Position numbers and translations under genes: made by a program. DNA of 64,000 nucleotides from NCBI GenBank assembly GCA_963717505.1, contig OY970342.1, positions 1,376,001 to 1,440,000 of the forward strand. Direction: 5' to 3'. The DNA is from Candidatus Eiseniibacteriota bacterium. GTDB lineage: Bacteria; Eisenbacteria; RBG-16-71-46. Positions 1 to 10,254 of the stretch are shown in pieces. Position 1 is the first letter of the stretch, and every line of letters starts with the position of its first letter. The notes below the pieces were generated by a model that was not told the DNA's origin, made no database searches, and worked only from the letters and a program-made list of their open reading frames with translations.

Positions 1-1543
1 CGGCGCCGTGGACCTCGGGTCCCCACTCGATGATGTTCAGGTAGATCTCGAGCAGCCGCCGCTTCGAGGCGCCGGACAGGTGCTCGAGGATCCACGCCAG
101 CACCACCTCCTGGAGCTTGCGCGACAGGGTGCGGTCGTGACCCAGGTACAGATTGCGCGCGAGCTGCATGGTGATGGTGCCGGCGCCACGGCGGTACGCG
201 CCGGCCCGGATGTTCTCGGCGACCGAGGCTTTGACCGCCTCCATGTTGAAGCCGCGGTGGCGGAAGTACCCGCCGTCCTCGTTGGTGATGACGCTCCAGG
301 TCAGGACGGAATCGATCGCCTCGAGCGGCCGAAAGTGCGGGTTGGCGGGAGACAGATCGCGGTGCTCGACCCGGTCCCGGGGCAGGTGAATCGCCGCCAC
401 GAACGGCGCGTCGAGCCCGGCGAGACGGAGTCGCGTGCCCGCCGGGTCGAGCCGCAACCCGTTCGGCAGGACGTCGGCGCGGAACTCCATGTCCTCCGGA
501 CGGTCGAAATCGAGATCCACGTCGAGCCGATAGTCGAACGCGCCGCGCACCGACACGTCGTTCAGCCGTCCGAGCATGAGACTGGGAATGCTCGATCGGA
601 TCTGTTCCTGAGTCACGCTGTCGGTGGCCATCGCGAGCGTGAATCGCGGCCCCGCGCGTTGCACGGTTCCCGACAAACGAAACCGGATGTTCCCGACCGT
701 GAGTCGCGTGTCGTCGGCCAGCGTCAGACGGCCCTCGCGGCGGTCCTGGCGCACGGTGCCGGCGAGCGCGACGGCCAGCGTTTCGGGCGCATCGTCGACC
801 GGGCGCGGGCTGACGAACGACGCCGAGCCCTCGAGGCGATCGTCGCCGCCGTAGGTGAGGGCACCGGTGAACGCGACCTCGCGTTCCGAGTGCAGTTTGC
901 CGGACAGGGTGATGCGGCTCACGTCGCGCGCGTGGCTCAGCATGAGGCGATCGAGCGTGATTCCGAATGCATCCGGCTCTGCACTGGTTTCCAGGGTCAT
1001 GCGTTCGAGTTCGACTGGCGGGAGGCTTCGCGCAGGCGCCAGCAGCAGGCGGACCATCGAGTCGACCGCGCGCTGGAGTCGCAAGGCGTGGGCGCGGCGC
1101 GTGGCTTCGGGCGCGAGCACTTCGTCCTCCGGGGCGAGCGTGTCGGCGTCGGCCGGGGGGGAGGTCCGCGCACGAACCCGCACGTCGTGGAGCGCCAGGC
1201 GCGACAGTCTGGGCTTGAACAGGAGCAGCGACCCCAGCGAAACGCCGACCTCGATCTCACGCGCTCCCAGCACCGTGTCGCCCGGCGCCGAGGTCAGCGA
1301 CAGATTCGCGATGTGGCAGAGCCCGAACGGACTCACGCGCAGCGATTGCCAATCGGCCGAAAGGTCTCGCTGGGCGGCCGCGGCGCGCAGGCGGGCGGCG
1401 GCGACGCGGGCGCCGAGCATCGGCAAGGCGATGAACGCCAGGGCGGCGGCCGCGAGAAAGATCGCGAGCCCGAGTCGCGGACCGCGCCTCTTGGGGCCGC
1501 GGCCGTACGCGGGCAGCGCGGCGAAACGCAATCGGGGGAGCAT
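1..1543 (-). CDS. Peptidoglycan transglycosylase (GT51) domain protein, 3' end beyond window edge
   Basis: Not in the ORF track because it runs off the edge. Manual minus-strand translation from ATG 1543 gives an N-terminal TM, then GT51 motifs NEDGGYFRHRG, GAGTITMQLARNL, RKLQE and KRRLLEIYLNIIEWG. Confidence 0.9.
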   Translation of the reverse strand, partial: MLPRLRFAALPAYGRGPKRRGPRLGLAIFLAAAALAFIALPMLGARVAAARLRAAAAQRDLSADWQSLRVSPFGLCHIANLSLTSAPGDTVLGAREIEVGVSLGSLLLFKPRLSRLALHDVRVRARTSPPADADTLAPEDEVLAPEATRRAHALRLQRAVDSMVRLLLAPARSLPPVELERMTLETSAEPDAFGITLDRLMLSHARDVSRITLSGKLHSEREVAFTGALTYGGDDRLEGSASFVSPRPVDDAPETLAVALAGTVRQDRREGRLTLADDTRLTVGNIRFRLSGTVQRAGPRFTLAMATDSVTQEQIRSSIPSLMLGRLNDVSVRGAFDYRLDVDLDFDRPEDMEFRADVLPNGLRLDPAGTRLRLAGLDAPFVAAIHLPRDRVEHRDLSPANPHFRPLEAIDSVLTWSVITNEDGGYFRHRGFNMEAVKASVAENIRAGAYRRGAGTITMQLARNLYLGHDRTLSRKLQEVVLAWILEHLSGASKRRLLEIYLNIIEWGPEVHGA

Positions 1544-1672
1544 GGTCGCCGACTCTAGCCCACCGGCAAATGCAACCGCATCCGGCGGGTGACTCGGGTG
1601 CATGGCAAAGCGCTCATTCCGCCGGCCCCGACGATTGATCGAGGGGCTCGACCCGCGCGCCGATAAGAGGAC

Positions 1673-3772
1673 ATGCACTTGGTTCTGGGTCTGCTCCTGG
1701 CGGCGCTGCTCGCCCCGTTCGGTCCGATCGCTCTCAGGGCCTGGGCTCTGGCGCGCGCGCGCCAGGACCCGGTTGCAGCGTGGTTCGGCTTCAGCATCCG
1801 GCTCCATGGCCTGTCGCTGGTGGTGCTCGCGATGCCGATCCTGGCGATGCTGTTCCGCAACGAGATGCGGCCCTGGTTCGAGCAGTCGTTCGTGGCACCG
1901 ATCGCCACACAACTGCGCTTCGCGGTCGGGCTGCTCCCGGTGGCCCTGTTTCACGCGAGCGCCACCCTGGTCGCGCACGACCTGTCGCGCATCCTGCGCG
2001 GGGTCGAAACCCCGCGCCGAGTGGCCGTGGAGCTTGCGGCGATCGGCGCGGCGATGATCCTGGTTCCGCTCTCCCTGCTGGCGTCGAGCTGGTCCGCGTT
2101 CGACACCTGGGGGCTCGAGGCCGGGATCGTCATGGCACTGCTTGCGGTCGTCGTCCCGCTCGCGCTCGGCGTGCGCGCACAAAAGCTCCAGGGCCTCACG
2201 CTGCATTCGATCACCACCGGCCCGCTGCGCGATCGCGCCTTCGACCTGGCGGCACGGGCCAGGGTTCGGCTCGACCAGGTGTATGCGCTGCCGCTGTCGA
2301 AATGGAAGCATGCGAACGCATTCGCCACCGAAGGCCGTCAGGTGCTGGTCACCGACTACCTCCTGGAGCACCTCGACCGGGAGGAAGTCGACGCCGTGCT
2401 GGCACACGAGATCGCGCACCTTGCCGGCAAGGATCCGGAGCGACAGACGCGCCTGCTGGTCGCGCTGACTTGGGCCAGCCTGATGCTCGCGATCTTCGGC
2501 GTGTCGCCAGCGGTCACGCTCGCCTGGATCCTGGCCGCGGTGCTGATCTGGCTCGGATACTCGCGTCGCTGCGAATACGGGGCCGACGCCCGGGCGCAGG
2601 CCCTCGGAGTCGTGCCGCAAGCCGCGATCACCGGGCTCGCCAAGCTCAACCGACTCGGCTCGGTGCCGACCGACTATCCGCGGTTCGTCGAATGGTGGTT
2701 GACGCATCCGTCGACCGAGCGTCGCGCTCGCGCCATGGGGAGCCGTGCCGGACTCGCGCGGGACGAGATCGAGCGGCTGCTGACGTTGCCGGAAACCCAG
2801 GCCGTGCGCCCACACTACCCGGCCCCCGAACTGGACCAGGAGAGCAAGGGATTCACCACGACATTCAAGCGATCGGTGCTGGTGCGGAACAGCATGCTCA
2901 CGATCCTCGTCGGCATCGCGGCGAGCCTGGCGTTCGTGAACCTGGCTCGGGCGATCGAGGTGACCGGGTGGGTGCGGCTCGGCCTGTGGCCGATCGTGGC
3001 CATCCTGGTGGCGACGGCCATGCTCGCGGTCTTCGATCGGCTCGCCACCGCACGATTCGGCCGAGTCGCACGCGCCGCCTTCGAGCGACTGGCCCCGAGT
3101 GACTCCGCCCTCGCGCGCGACGGACTCGAGGTCGGTTTCGCCCCGCACGAGATTCCTCATCTCTACGAAGGGTTCACCGTCTGGGACGTTGGACGCCTCG
3201 ATCTTCTCGCAGGGCGCTTGGACTACCGCGGCGAGCAAGTGCGGTTCTCTCTGAATCGCGAAGACGTGCTCGACGTGTGCCTGGTCGGGGGCAGTCCGGG
3301 GTGGATCCCCACCGCGCGGGTACTCGTCCGCTGGCGCCGCGCCGATGGGCGGAACGGAGTCTTCGCCCTGGCGCCTTCGGTGGCGCCGCGGCTGTCACGA
3401 GTGCACGCCCTGGCCCAGGCCCTCCATGCGAGCGTGCACGGCTGGTGGAGCAAGCCGACAACCCAGGGCCGGCACTCAGAGACCGGGCTCGGCGATCCGC
3501 CCACGGCGGAGGTGACCGGTCAGGCTCCCGGGTCCGAGATCACGCGCCAGGGGCTCGGCTCGCTCGTCGTCCTCTACGCGATCGGGACGTCGCTCCTGGG
3601 ACTCGCGGCGAGAATGCCCGCGGGGTTCTCGAACGAGCCAGGGTTGATCGATGCCTTCCTGGCCGCAACCCTCGGGAATCTGGTCCTGCTGATCCCGCTG
3701 ATCAGGTCCCGGCGCGCGGCCTTGACATCGGCCTCTAAGGAATTGGAATCGGACGCAAGCCGAGCCGCTTGA
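1673..3772 (+). CDS. M48 family (HtpX/Ste24-like) membrane zinc metalloprotease with C-terminal extension
   Basis: NAFATEG, AVLAHEIAH (HExxH), SRRCEYGAD and THPS motifs; many TM segments. Confidence 0.85.
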   Translation: MHLVLGLLLAALLAPFGPIALRAWALARARQDPVAAWFGFSIRLHGLSLVVLAMPILAMLFRNEMRPWFEQSFVAPIATQLRFAVGLLPVALFHASATLVAHDLSRILRGVETPRRVAVELAAIGAAMILVPLSLLASSWSAFDTWGLEAGIVMALLAVVVPLALGVRAQKLQGLTLHSITTGPLRDRAFDLAARARVRLDQVYALPLSKWKHANAFATEGRQVLVTDYLLEHLDREEVDAVLAHEIAHLAGKDPERQTRLLVALTWASLMLAIFGVSPAVTLAWILAAVLIWLGYSRRCEYGADARAQALGVVPQAAITGLAKLNRLGSVPTDYPRFVEWWLTHPSTERRARAMGSRAGLARDEIERLLTLPETQAVRPHYPAPELDQESKGFTTTFKRSVLVRNSMLTILVGIAASLAFVNLARAIEVTGWVRLGLWPIVAILVATAMLAVFDRLATARFGRVARAAFERLAPSDSALARDGLEVGFAPHEIPHLYEGFTVWDVGRLDLLAGRLDYRGEQVRFSLNREDVLDVCLVGGSPGWIPTARVLVRWRRADGRNGVFALAPSVAPRLSRVHALAQALHASVHGWWSKPTTQGRHSETGLGDPPTAEVTGQAPGSEITRQGLGSLVVLYAIGTSLLGLAARMPAGFSNEPGLIDAFLAATLGNLVLLIPLIRSRRAALTSASKELESDASRAA

Positions 3773-4703
3773 GATTCTTCTGATCGCCGTTGCGATTGAG
3801 TTCCCAGTAGACAACGCGATCGGTGCCGGTCAGTTCACCGCGCTCGACGCCCCCGGGCCGGCCGCCGGTGTTCGCCGCTCGCCAGTCCCAGACCACGATC
3901 CGATGCGGATACTCGGTTTCGACGTGGTAGTAGCCTTCGCGATCATCGAGGCGCAGCACGTAGACCGCACATTCGAAGCTGCCGGCCGGAACCGTCACCC
4001 GCTCGGCGCCCTTCAGCCGTTCGATGGTTGCGGTGGTCCACTTGGCCGGACGGTGCGCCAGCCGGCGATGGAACGTCCCGGGCAGGAACGGAACCTCGCG
4101 CGTCTCGCCGGGTTCGAGAAACGGGCCACGCAGCCCGCGCAGTCGGATCCACAACTCGTCTTCGAGCAAACCGCCCGACGGACGGTCGAGTGTCGCCGAG
4201 CCGCTTTCATCTTCGAAGTAGCTCGAAATGGTCTGGCGCCAGCCGTTGCCTGTGCGGCGCAGCTCTTCATACACGTTGCCGCACCATTCCGTGCTCGCGA
4301 ACGACACCTTGACCGGCGTGAAGTCGGAGCTGCGAACGAACACCGAGACCATGGTGTTGTAGTCGTAGACCCCGGTCTGGAAATCGCGCGTCAGGTTGAG
4401 CTTGAGGGCGTCGAACGTGTCGCCCGAGGATTCCTCGGGGTTCTCGACTTTGACCAGCCGGCGGGCGCTGAACGGTTCGGTCACGTAGATCGCCGCTGCC
4501 TGGCCGGTGCGGTTTTGGCCGTATCGCGTCAGCTCCAGGCGGTAGCCGTTGACCTCGGCCTTGCCGTCGTGCCAATGCGCGTCGAAGTCGGTGCTTGCGG
4601 CTTCAGCGCTGCCGGAACGAGGCGTACCGCCGCGGTTCTTGGCGGCGATGGCGGCGACGATCGCGACGGCGATGAGAGTTGCCACGACGAGGCGTGTCTT
4701 CAT
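3735..4703 (-). CDS. Exported hypothetical protein
   Basis: Start trimmed to MKTRLVVATLIAVAIVAAIAA (signal/TM); globular body (WHDGKAEVNGY, EWCGNVY) with normal composition. Confidence 0.7.
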   Translation of the reverse strand: MKTRLVVATLIAVAIVAAIAAKNRGGTPRSGSAEAASTDFDAHWHDGKAEVNGYRLELTRYGQNRTGQAAAIYVTEPFSARRLVKVENPEESSGDTFDALKLNLTRDFQTGVYDYNTMVSVFVRSSDFTPVKVSFASTEWCGNVYEELRRTGNGWRQTISSYFEDESGSATLDRPSGGLLEDELWIRLRGLRGPFLEPGETREVPFLPGTFHRRLAHRPAKWTTATIERLKGAERVTVPAGSFECAVYVLRLDDREGYYHVETEYPHRIVVWDWRAANTGGRPGGVERGELTGTDRVVYWELNRNGDQKNLKRLGLRPIPIP

Positions 4704-4808
4704 GGCGCAACGAGTATACGGCCGCTGCTTCCCGCCAACCACCCTTGCGCCGGAACGCGCGAACGCCCGCCGCGGAAGCGGCGGGCGCTCGGGACAACGA
4801 GAAACCTG

Positions 4809-5723
4809 CTACGCGACCGGCGTGCCGCGCGAGGCCATCCACTCCTGGTTCAGGTCCTGCACCTCGTCGACGAACGACACGTGCTTGGGCGTCCAGCCCA
4901 GCTCGCGCCGCGCCTTGCTCGAGTCGACCTTCTGGCTGGTGAGCAACGCGCGCCCGAACAGGCCGAGTTTCTTGACCACGTCGTCGGGATCGCGCGGGTG
5001 CGCCGTCGCGCCGGTCGCGCGCGCGATCGCCTCGGCGATCTGCCGCACGTTGAGCGTCGAGCCGTCGGTCAACAGATAGGCTTCGCCGTTCGTGCCGCGC
5101 TCGAGTGCCCGCAAGTACGCCTCGGCCACGTCCTCGCGGTGCACCAGGCCCCAGAACTGTCCGCCGCTCCCCGGATAGTGAACGGTGCGACGGTTGTGGG
5201 CTTCGGCGAACATCGCGCCGATCGTGCCGCGGGCGCCGCCGTAGACGGTCGCCGGCCGCATGACCATGACGCGCGCCTCGTGCTCGCCCAGGTCGAACGC
5301 AACCGATTCGTGCGCCTTGCGCCAGCGCACCAGATCGAGCGGGTTCAACGGAGCGGATTCGTCGATGGTCCGGCCGTGCGTGTCGCCGTGGACCCAGACG
5401 CCACTCGTGTACAGCAGGGTGCGCGCGCGACCGTCGAGCACGCTGGAACGAATCGCGTCGAGGGCGAGGCGGTCCTGGTTCGCGACATCAGAGGAATCGA
5501 ACGCGGCGTGAATCACCGCGTCGCAGTTCTTGAGCGCGCCCATGAACGTCTCGGGCTTGGCCAGCGAGCCGATGATCGGGGTGATGCCTTGCGCGGTCAG
5601 CGCCGGGGCCCGTTCGGGGTTGCGCGTCAGCCCATGGACTTCGTTGCCGGCGCGCACCAGCCGTGAGGCGATGGCGCTGCCTAGATATCCGGTAACACCG
5701 GTAATGAACACTCGATTGCTCAT
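4809..5723 (-). CDS. NAD-dependent epimerase/dehydratase (atypical SDR)
   Basis: ITGVTGYLG Rossmann motif, DAVIHAA, YTSGVWVHG, VHREDVA, RELGWTP. Confidence 0.9.
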   Translation of the reverse strand: MSNRVFITGVTGYLGSAIASRLVRAGNEVHGLTRNPERAPALTAQGITPIIGSLAKPETFMGALKNCDAVIHAAFDSSDVANQDRLALDAIRSSVLDGRARTLLYTSGVWVHGDTHGRTIDESAPLNPLDLVRWRKAHESVAFDLGEHEARVMVMRPATVYGGARGTIGAMFAEAHNRRTVHYPGSGGQFWGLVHREDVAEAYLRALERGTNGEAYLLTDGSTLNVRQIAEAIARATGATAHPRDPDDVVKKLGLFGRALLTSQKVDSSKARRELGWTPKHVSFVDEVQDLNQEWMASRGTPVA

Positions 5724-5762
5724 CCGTAAGACCTCGTTCCCGTCCGCCTGACTTGCGTACGC

Positions 5763-5905
5763 CCGAGCCGGGTGCCTGATTCCATCAGACCCGCCTTCAA
5801 GCGGACCCCGCCTTGGCGGTGCGGGTTCCCGGGTTCGGTGTTCATCGCGCCTGGCCTCCGTACAATTCCGGAGACCGCAGGGGTGCTCCGGAAGCTGGGC
5901 GCGTT
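5763..5905. ncRNA. Candidate structured RNA of unknown family in the queD-epimerase intergenic region
   Basis: Nested stems: CCGAGCCGGG(5763-72)/CCCGGGTTCGG(5828-38), CTGAT/ATCAG, GACCCGC/GCGGGTT, CCGCC/GGCGG, plus a second domain closed by CGCGCCTGGC/GCTGGGCGCG. No family motif recognised. Confidence 0.3.
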
Positions 5906-6114
5906 CTCACCGTTCACCCGTGCAAGCCGTATTCCACAATCCCAACCCGGTATTGCTTGCGAAATGCTGTCCCCGGGCGCGACGTTGGATGCCATGGGAT
6001 TGCAGCGGATGCGTTCGCGTCGTGAATTCTGCAATGGGCTGTCCCTGCGACGGGTTAGGAAGCTCACGAGCGGAAAACCTGTCGCCGTGACCGACGAAAT
6101 CGCCCGGTCCTGTG

Positions 6115-6477
6115 TCATCCACGAAACGTGCAGCGCGCTGTACAGGTTTCGTGAACCGTCAGGCTCGAAAGGCCGGGCAGGAGCGGCTGGAGCCGCCGCC
6201 ACAGCCATATGCAGAGGTGCTCCGACGTCGGGTTCTCGAGTCCCGGAACGTCGTTGAGCGTGCGATGATCCAGCTCGGTTCGCAGGAGCGGCTCGACCAC
6301 GCTCGTGATGTCGGCGAAGTCGACGAGCCAGCCCATACGCGGGTCGATCTCGCCGGCCACCGTGACCTCGACGCGAAACGAATGCCCGTGCATGCGCGCG
6401 CACTTGTGATCGGGTGGCACCATCGGCAAGCGGTGGGCCGCTTCGAATGTGTACTCGCGGGTCAGCTCGACGCGCAT
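6115..6477 (-). CDS. queD: 6-carboxy-5,6,7,8-tetrahydropterin synthase
   Basis: FEAAHRL, KCARMHGHS, LDHRTLND and ENPTSE motifs; adjacent to queC and queE. Confidence 0.95.
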   Translation of the reverse strand: MRVELTREYTFEAAHRLPMVPPDHKCARMHGHSFRVEVTVAGEIDPRMGWLVDFADITSVVEPLLRTELDHRTLNDVPGLENPTSEHLCIWLWRRLQPLLPGLSSLTVHETCTARCTFRG

Positions 6478-6493
6478 GCGGTCGGCTCCGGGT

Positions 6494-7246
6494 TCAGGGT
6501 GCGCCCGTGGCGGGAGTGGCTGCGTAGCGAATCGGGTCGACGAGTCCGGCTTCGCGGAATCCCTTGAGGCGGAGTCCGCAGGAGTCGCAACGGCCGCACG
6601 CTTCGCCTGAGGGAGTCGGGTCGTAGCACGAATGGGTGAGCGAGTAGTCCACGCCCAGCGTCGTGCCGAGCCGGATGATGCCGGCCTTGTCGAGCGCCAT
6701 GAGCGGAGTGTGAACGGTGAACGCGGCGCCTTCGATCCCGGCTCGAGTCCCGAGCCGCGCGATCTGCTCGAAGGCGCGCACGAAATCGGGACGACAGTCG
6801 GGGTAGCCCGAGTAGTCGAGCGCGTTCATGCCGGCCACCAGATGCCGCGCACCGAGGACTTCCGCCCAGCCGAGCGCCAGCGCCAGGAACACGGTGTTGC
6901 GCGCCGGCACGTAAGTCACCGGAACGTCGGCCGGCAGGTGAGCGGGATCGCGATCCTTCGGCACCTCGAGCGCCGACGTCAGCGCTGAACCTCCGATCGC
7001 GCGCAGATCCACGGTGACCTCGCGGTGCTCGAGCGCGCCGAGCGCACGCGACACGTGGCGCGCCGAAGACAGCTCGACGCGGTGACGCTGCCCGTAGTCG
7101 ACCGCGAGGGTGTAGCACGCGAATCCGCGTTCGCGAGCCCACGCCAGGGCGGTGGCGGAATCGAGCCCACCCGAGAGCAGGACCACGGCGCGTTCGCGAG
7201 CGGGGCTGAGCGATGCGGAGCCCTCCGGGAGCCCAGGCATGTTCAT
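6494..7246 (-). CDS. queC: 7-cyano-7-deazaguanine synthase
   Basis: LSGGLDS, YGQRH, TYVPARN, YPDCR, SCYDP..CGRCDSC; ATG at 7246 overlaps the queE stop. Confidence 0.95.
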   Translation of the reverse strand: MNMPGLPEGSASLSPARERAVVLLSGGLDSATALAWARERGFACYTLAVDYGQRHRVELSSARHVSRALGALEHREVTVDLRAIGGSALTSALEVPKDRDPAHLPADVPVTYVPARNTVFLALALGWAEVLGARHLVAGMNALDYSGYPDCRPDFVRAFEQIARLGTRAGIEGAAFTVHTPLMALDKAGIIRLGTTLGVDYSLTHSCYDPTPSGEACGRCDSCGLRLKGFREAGLVDPIRYAATPATGAP

Positions 7247-7947
7247 ACCCCGCGCTTGGCGCCCCACATCCAGATGTGGAGGCGAGGACTCATGCGAAAG
7301 CCGTGCGCCTGGCAGGCCTCGAGCACGATGCGGGCATGGGCGCGCACGGCATCGTCGGTGAGTCCCTCGGGCATGAGCATCACGCGGCGCGCGGGAATCC
7401 CGTGGTCGTCGAGACGGCGCACCGCCTCGGCCACGTCGTCGCGGCTGCCGATCACGATCTTGAACGTCGCGTTGGGCTCCGCACACCAGCGATCCGCGTG
7501 TTGCCAGGTGTCGCTGGCACGCTCGGTCGCCGACGACAACTTGGGCGAGACATTCCAGAACAGGCGCTCGTCGCGCATTCCGGGCGGGAGCACGCCACTG
7601 GTCTCGACCTCGACGCGCGGCCAGAGCTGAACCGCGCGCGCCAGCAGCTCGTAGACGCCGTCGTGCTCGAGCGGCTCGCCGCCGGTGACCACCAGCATCG
7701 GCGCGCTGCCCAGCGCGCGTGCCTCGTCGAGCACTTCGTCGACCGCCACTTCGCGGCCACCGCTCGAGCCCCACGTGTACTTGGAGTCGCACCAGTGGCA
7801 GCCGACGTCGCAGCCCTGCAAGCGCACGAAGTGAGCGGGAGTGCCTGCCGACGGGCCCTCGCCCTGGATGGAGAGGAAGCACTCGCTGACGCGAAGGCGG
7901 GCCGCGGCGCCATGGGTGTCGGTGCCGGGATCACGAGAGTGGGGCAT
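7243..7947 (-). CDS. queE: 7-carboxy-7-deazaguanine synthase (radical SAM)
   Basis: [26 protein letters not shown] (CxxxCxxC), TGGEPL, VETSG, SPRLH. Confidence 0.93.
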   Translation of the reverse strand: MPHSRDPGTDTHGAAARLRVSECFLSIQGEGPSAGTPAHFVRLQGCDVGCHWCDSKYTWGSSGGREVAVDEVLDEARALGSAPMLVVTGGEPLEHDGVYELLARAVQLWPRVEVETSGVLPPGMRDERLFWNVSPKLSSATERASDTWQHADRWCAEPNATFKIVIGSRDDVAEAVRRLDDHGIPARRVMLMPEGLTDDAVRAHARIVLEACQAHGFRMSPRLHIWMWGAKRGV

Positions 7948-7955
7948 GACGAGAC

Positions 7956-8738
7956 TCAGGGCGCGGTGAACTCCGAGGCGGGGAACGAGGCGACGGTTTC
8001 GAGCGACCGCGTATAGATGGTGCGACCCTCGGCTCCGCGCTTGGCGGTCGCGAACCACAACCCGCCGTGCTCCTCCCAGTCCTCCCACGCCCAGGGAACC
8101 GGCGGTGGCTGGGTGCCCTGCAGCAGGTACTCCCACTTTTCGACTCGCCCGCTCGCCTGGTTCACGTACACCCAGTAACGGTCGCCCGGGGTGTTGCCGA
8201 CGTCGTGAAACGACAGCGAGATCTTGTCGAAGATGTAGTCGCCGGTCCGCTCGGATCCCTCGTAGCCGAGGACCACGCCCGGATCGCGCAACTTGTAGGG
8301 CATGAGCAACCAGTAGGCATCGTTGATCCACAGCGCCCGGGCGCGAGTCATGAGCTTGGTCAACGAGTCGCCCTCGATCGGGTTGCCACCCATCCACGCG
8401 TGGCCCTCATTGCTGTTCATGTTGTGGATCAGCAGGAACGTCGAGCCGTCGCGCGCGGTACCGCTCACCCGATGCCATCCGGTGTGCTTGTTCCACGAGT
8501 GACGGCGGACGCTGCGCACGGTGTCGTTCTGCGCGACCTCGAAGGACCAACGCAGGCCGACCAACGCGTCCCATGGCTCGCGGCCGCCCAGCTTCTTCAT
8601 GACGCGGTCGGCGATGGCGACGGCACGCGGGTCGGAGGCCGCGGAATCCGCAGGGGCGGCGGGGGTCGCGGTTCTCGGAGCGGCGCCGGCGAGGCCGAGC
8701 GCGAGAAACGTGCAGAGCAGTCCGGAGGGGAGCTTCAT
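7956..8738 (-). CDS. Secreted hypothetical protein
   Basis: Signal peptide MKLPSGLLCTFLALGLAGA; beta-rich body (WINDAYWLLMPYKL, GNTPGDRYW). Confidence 0.75.
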   Translation of the reverse strand: MKLPSGLLCTFLALGLAGAAPRTATPAAPADSAASDPRAVAIADRVMKKLGGREPWDALVGLRWSFEVAQNDTVRSVRRHSWNKHTGWHRVSGTARDGSTFLLIHNMNSNEGHAWMGGNPIEGDSLTKLMTRARALWINDAYWLLMPYKLRDPGVVLGYEGSERTGDYIFDKISLSFHDVGNTPGDRYWVYVNQASGRVEKWEYLLQGTQPPPVPWAWEDWEEHGGLWFATAKRGAEGRTIYTRSLETVASFPASEFTAP

Positions 8739-8799
8739 GGCGCGACCAGTATAGCCCGGCGGAAAACGCCGGCGAAGGCGGTTCGAGACCGCGACGGGA

Positions 8800-9264
8800 C
8801 TAGAGGCGAACGAAGCGCGCCGGCTCGGCGCGGAACTTCTTGGCGCATCCGTCGCAGCAGAGGCGATAAGCGTCGTCGCCGACCGCGATCCGCGGACGGT
8901 CGCTTGCGACCGCAAACACGACACCGCTCACCGGGCATCGCGCGAGGTCGCCGTCCTCAGCCCCGGGCTGGGCGACGATCTCGCTGGACTCGTAGTCATG
9001 AGGCGCGGCACACGAGGCTTCGCAGACCCCCGACATCTCCGGGTCGAACGCCCGGCCGCCGTCGTTGCTGACGATCGTGAATCCCGCCGAGGAACCCCTG
9101 GGGGAAGCCTCGATCGGCCTTTCGCCTGAACACGGCGTCGAACAGGAGGCACCGTCGGATGCGGCGTGGAAGATGTTTCGGCCGGAGGACGACGCGGAAA
9201 GCATCGTGACCCCAATGCCGAGCAGGCCGAAGCAAACGAGGACGACGACGATTCTCGGGTTCAT
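8800..9264 (-). CDS. Cys-rich membrane-anchored protein with C-terminal YHS/TRASH-like metal-binding motif
   Basis: N-terminal TM; CSTPC, CEASC, and CPVSG...CCDGCAKKF...P.RF. Confidence 0.65.
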   Translation of the reverse strand: MNPRIVVVLVCFGLLGIGVTMLSASSSGRNIFHAASDGASCSTPCSGERPIEASPRGSSAGFTIVSNDGGRAFDPEMSGVCEASCAAPHDYESSEIVAQPGAEDGDLARCPVSGVVFAVASDRPRIAVGDDAYRLCCDGCAKKFRAEPARFVRL

Positions 9265-9327
9265 GTTCCGCTCCTCAACTCCCGGTCTGATGAGCCGATA
9301 GCCTACACCTGCGCGAGGCCCGGCGGC

Positions 9328-9675
9328 CTACCCGCCCGCCAGAATTGTCGGAAGCTTGAAGGTGAACACGGAGCGAGGCAGCACCTGGGTCACCCCGGCC
9401 TCGAGCGCCGCAAAACGGATCCCCTGATCCTGATGGGAGAAGAAGCCGATCACCGGCATCCCGGACCCGGCCAGGGTCGAGCGCAGCCCGCGAACCGCCT
9501 CGATCGCGCCTTCAGCGTGCAGGTCGACGATGACCAGTGCGGGCGCGGACTCCTCGACGCGGAGCGCCAGTGCGGACGGGGTGCACGCAATGATCTCGAT
9601 GCCCAACGTGCCCGCCGTCTCGGCGATGCGCGCTGCAAAGAACAAATCCGGGACGGCCACCAGGACGCGACGCAT
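9328..9675 (-). CDS. Single-domain atypical response regulator (receiver fold)
   Basis: PALVIVDL (phospho-Asp position), PVIGFFSH, AALEAG; the conserved Lys is replaced (VLPRS). Confidence 0.7.
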   Translation of the reverse strand: MRRVLVAVPDLFFAARIAETAGTLGIEIIACTPSALALRVEESAPALVIVDLHAEGAIEAVRGLRSTLAGSGMPVIGFFSHQDQGIRFAALEAGVTQVLPRSVFTFKLPTILAGG

Positions 9676-9727
9676 AGGCGGGCAGCATAGCGGACTCTTC
9701 TAGAACCGAGCCACGACCCTTCCCGGG

Positions 9728-10144
9728 CTACGTCATTTGGTCATCCAACGAGAGCGCAAACACTCCCGCCGCCATCACCACCAGGCCCATGGCGATGGCG
9801 ATGCTGTACACCACATGGGTAGCCCTGCTTCTCACCGCGGCGACCGAGTCGCGCGGGATCGTCTGATCGAATCCAGGTTTCTCTTTCTCGAGCCCGCGAG
9901 CTGATTGACCGGGATTGAAGAAGCGGAACGAATCACCGGTAGCGACCACGTAGCCGTCCAAAGGGACGAAGCTACCCGAAGGGGTGTAGTAGCCTTCGAC
10001 GGCACGCTGGTTCGCTCCGAGGGAATCGTTCCGGACACGATGCGCCACGTCGGGGTTGGGCCCGGACACCGGAATCAGGACCGGAACCGAGCAGCCGGCG
10101 ACCAGAATCGCGAGGAGCGGGGAGAAGAGCAGGGTCCTTCGCAT
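9728..10144 (-). CDS. Putative lipoprotein with C-terminal TM
   Basis: Lipobox LVAGC after a hydrophobic leader; C-terminal hydrophobic helix. Confidence 0.6.
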   Translation of the reverse strand: MRRTLLFSPLLAILVAGCSVPVLIPVSGPNPDVAHRVRNDSLGANQRAVEGYYTPSGSFVPLDGYVVATGDSFRFFNPGQSARGLEKEKPGFDQTIPRDSVAAVRSRATHVVYSIAIAMGLVVMAAGVFALSLDDQMT

Positions 10145-10254
10145 TGAGACCTCCACCAGCGAGTCCTGACGCAGGATCCTACCCCCAAGCGTGGTCCTCG
10201 ATTCAACGCCTCGTCAACCTCATGTGGCGACGTCGCCTGGCGGGCGGGTCCGGT

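Noticed and set aside
8-1558. 516-aa plus-strand ORF and many other long ORFs in the track (e.g. 3903-5666, 19359-21164, 23200-25194, 61309-63834)
   Set aside because: Antisense or off-frame shadows of real genes in high-GC DNA; R/A/G/P-rich with no family motifs.
5770-5845. tRNA-Sec-like look (CTTCAA loop followed by a long arm)
   Set aside because: The loop is 6 nt on a 4-bp stem; there is no TTCGA T-loop, acceptor stem or CCA.
6115-7947. que genes as a dpd-type DNA deazaguanine modification island
   Set aside because: No dpdA/tgt paralogue or restriction genes nearby; consistent with housekeeping preQ0 synthesis.
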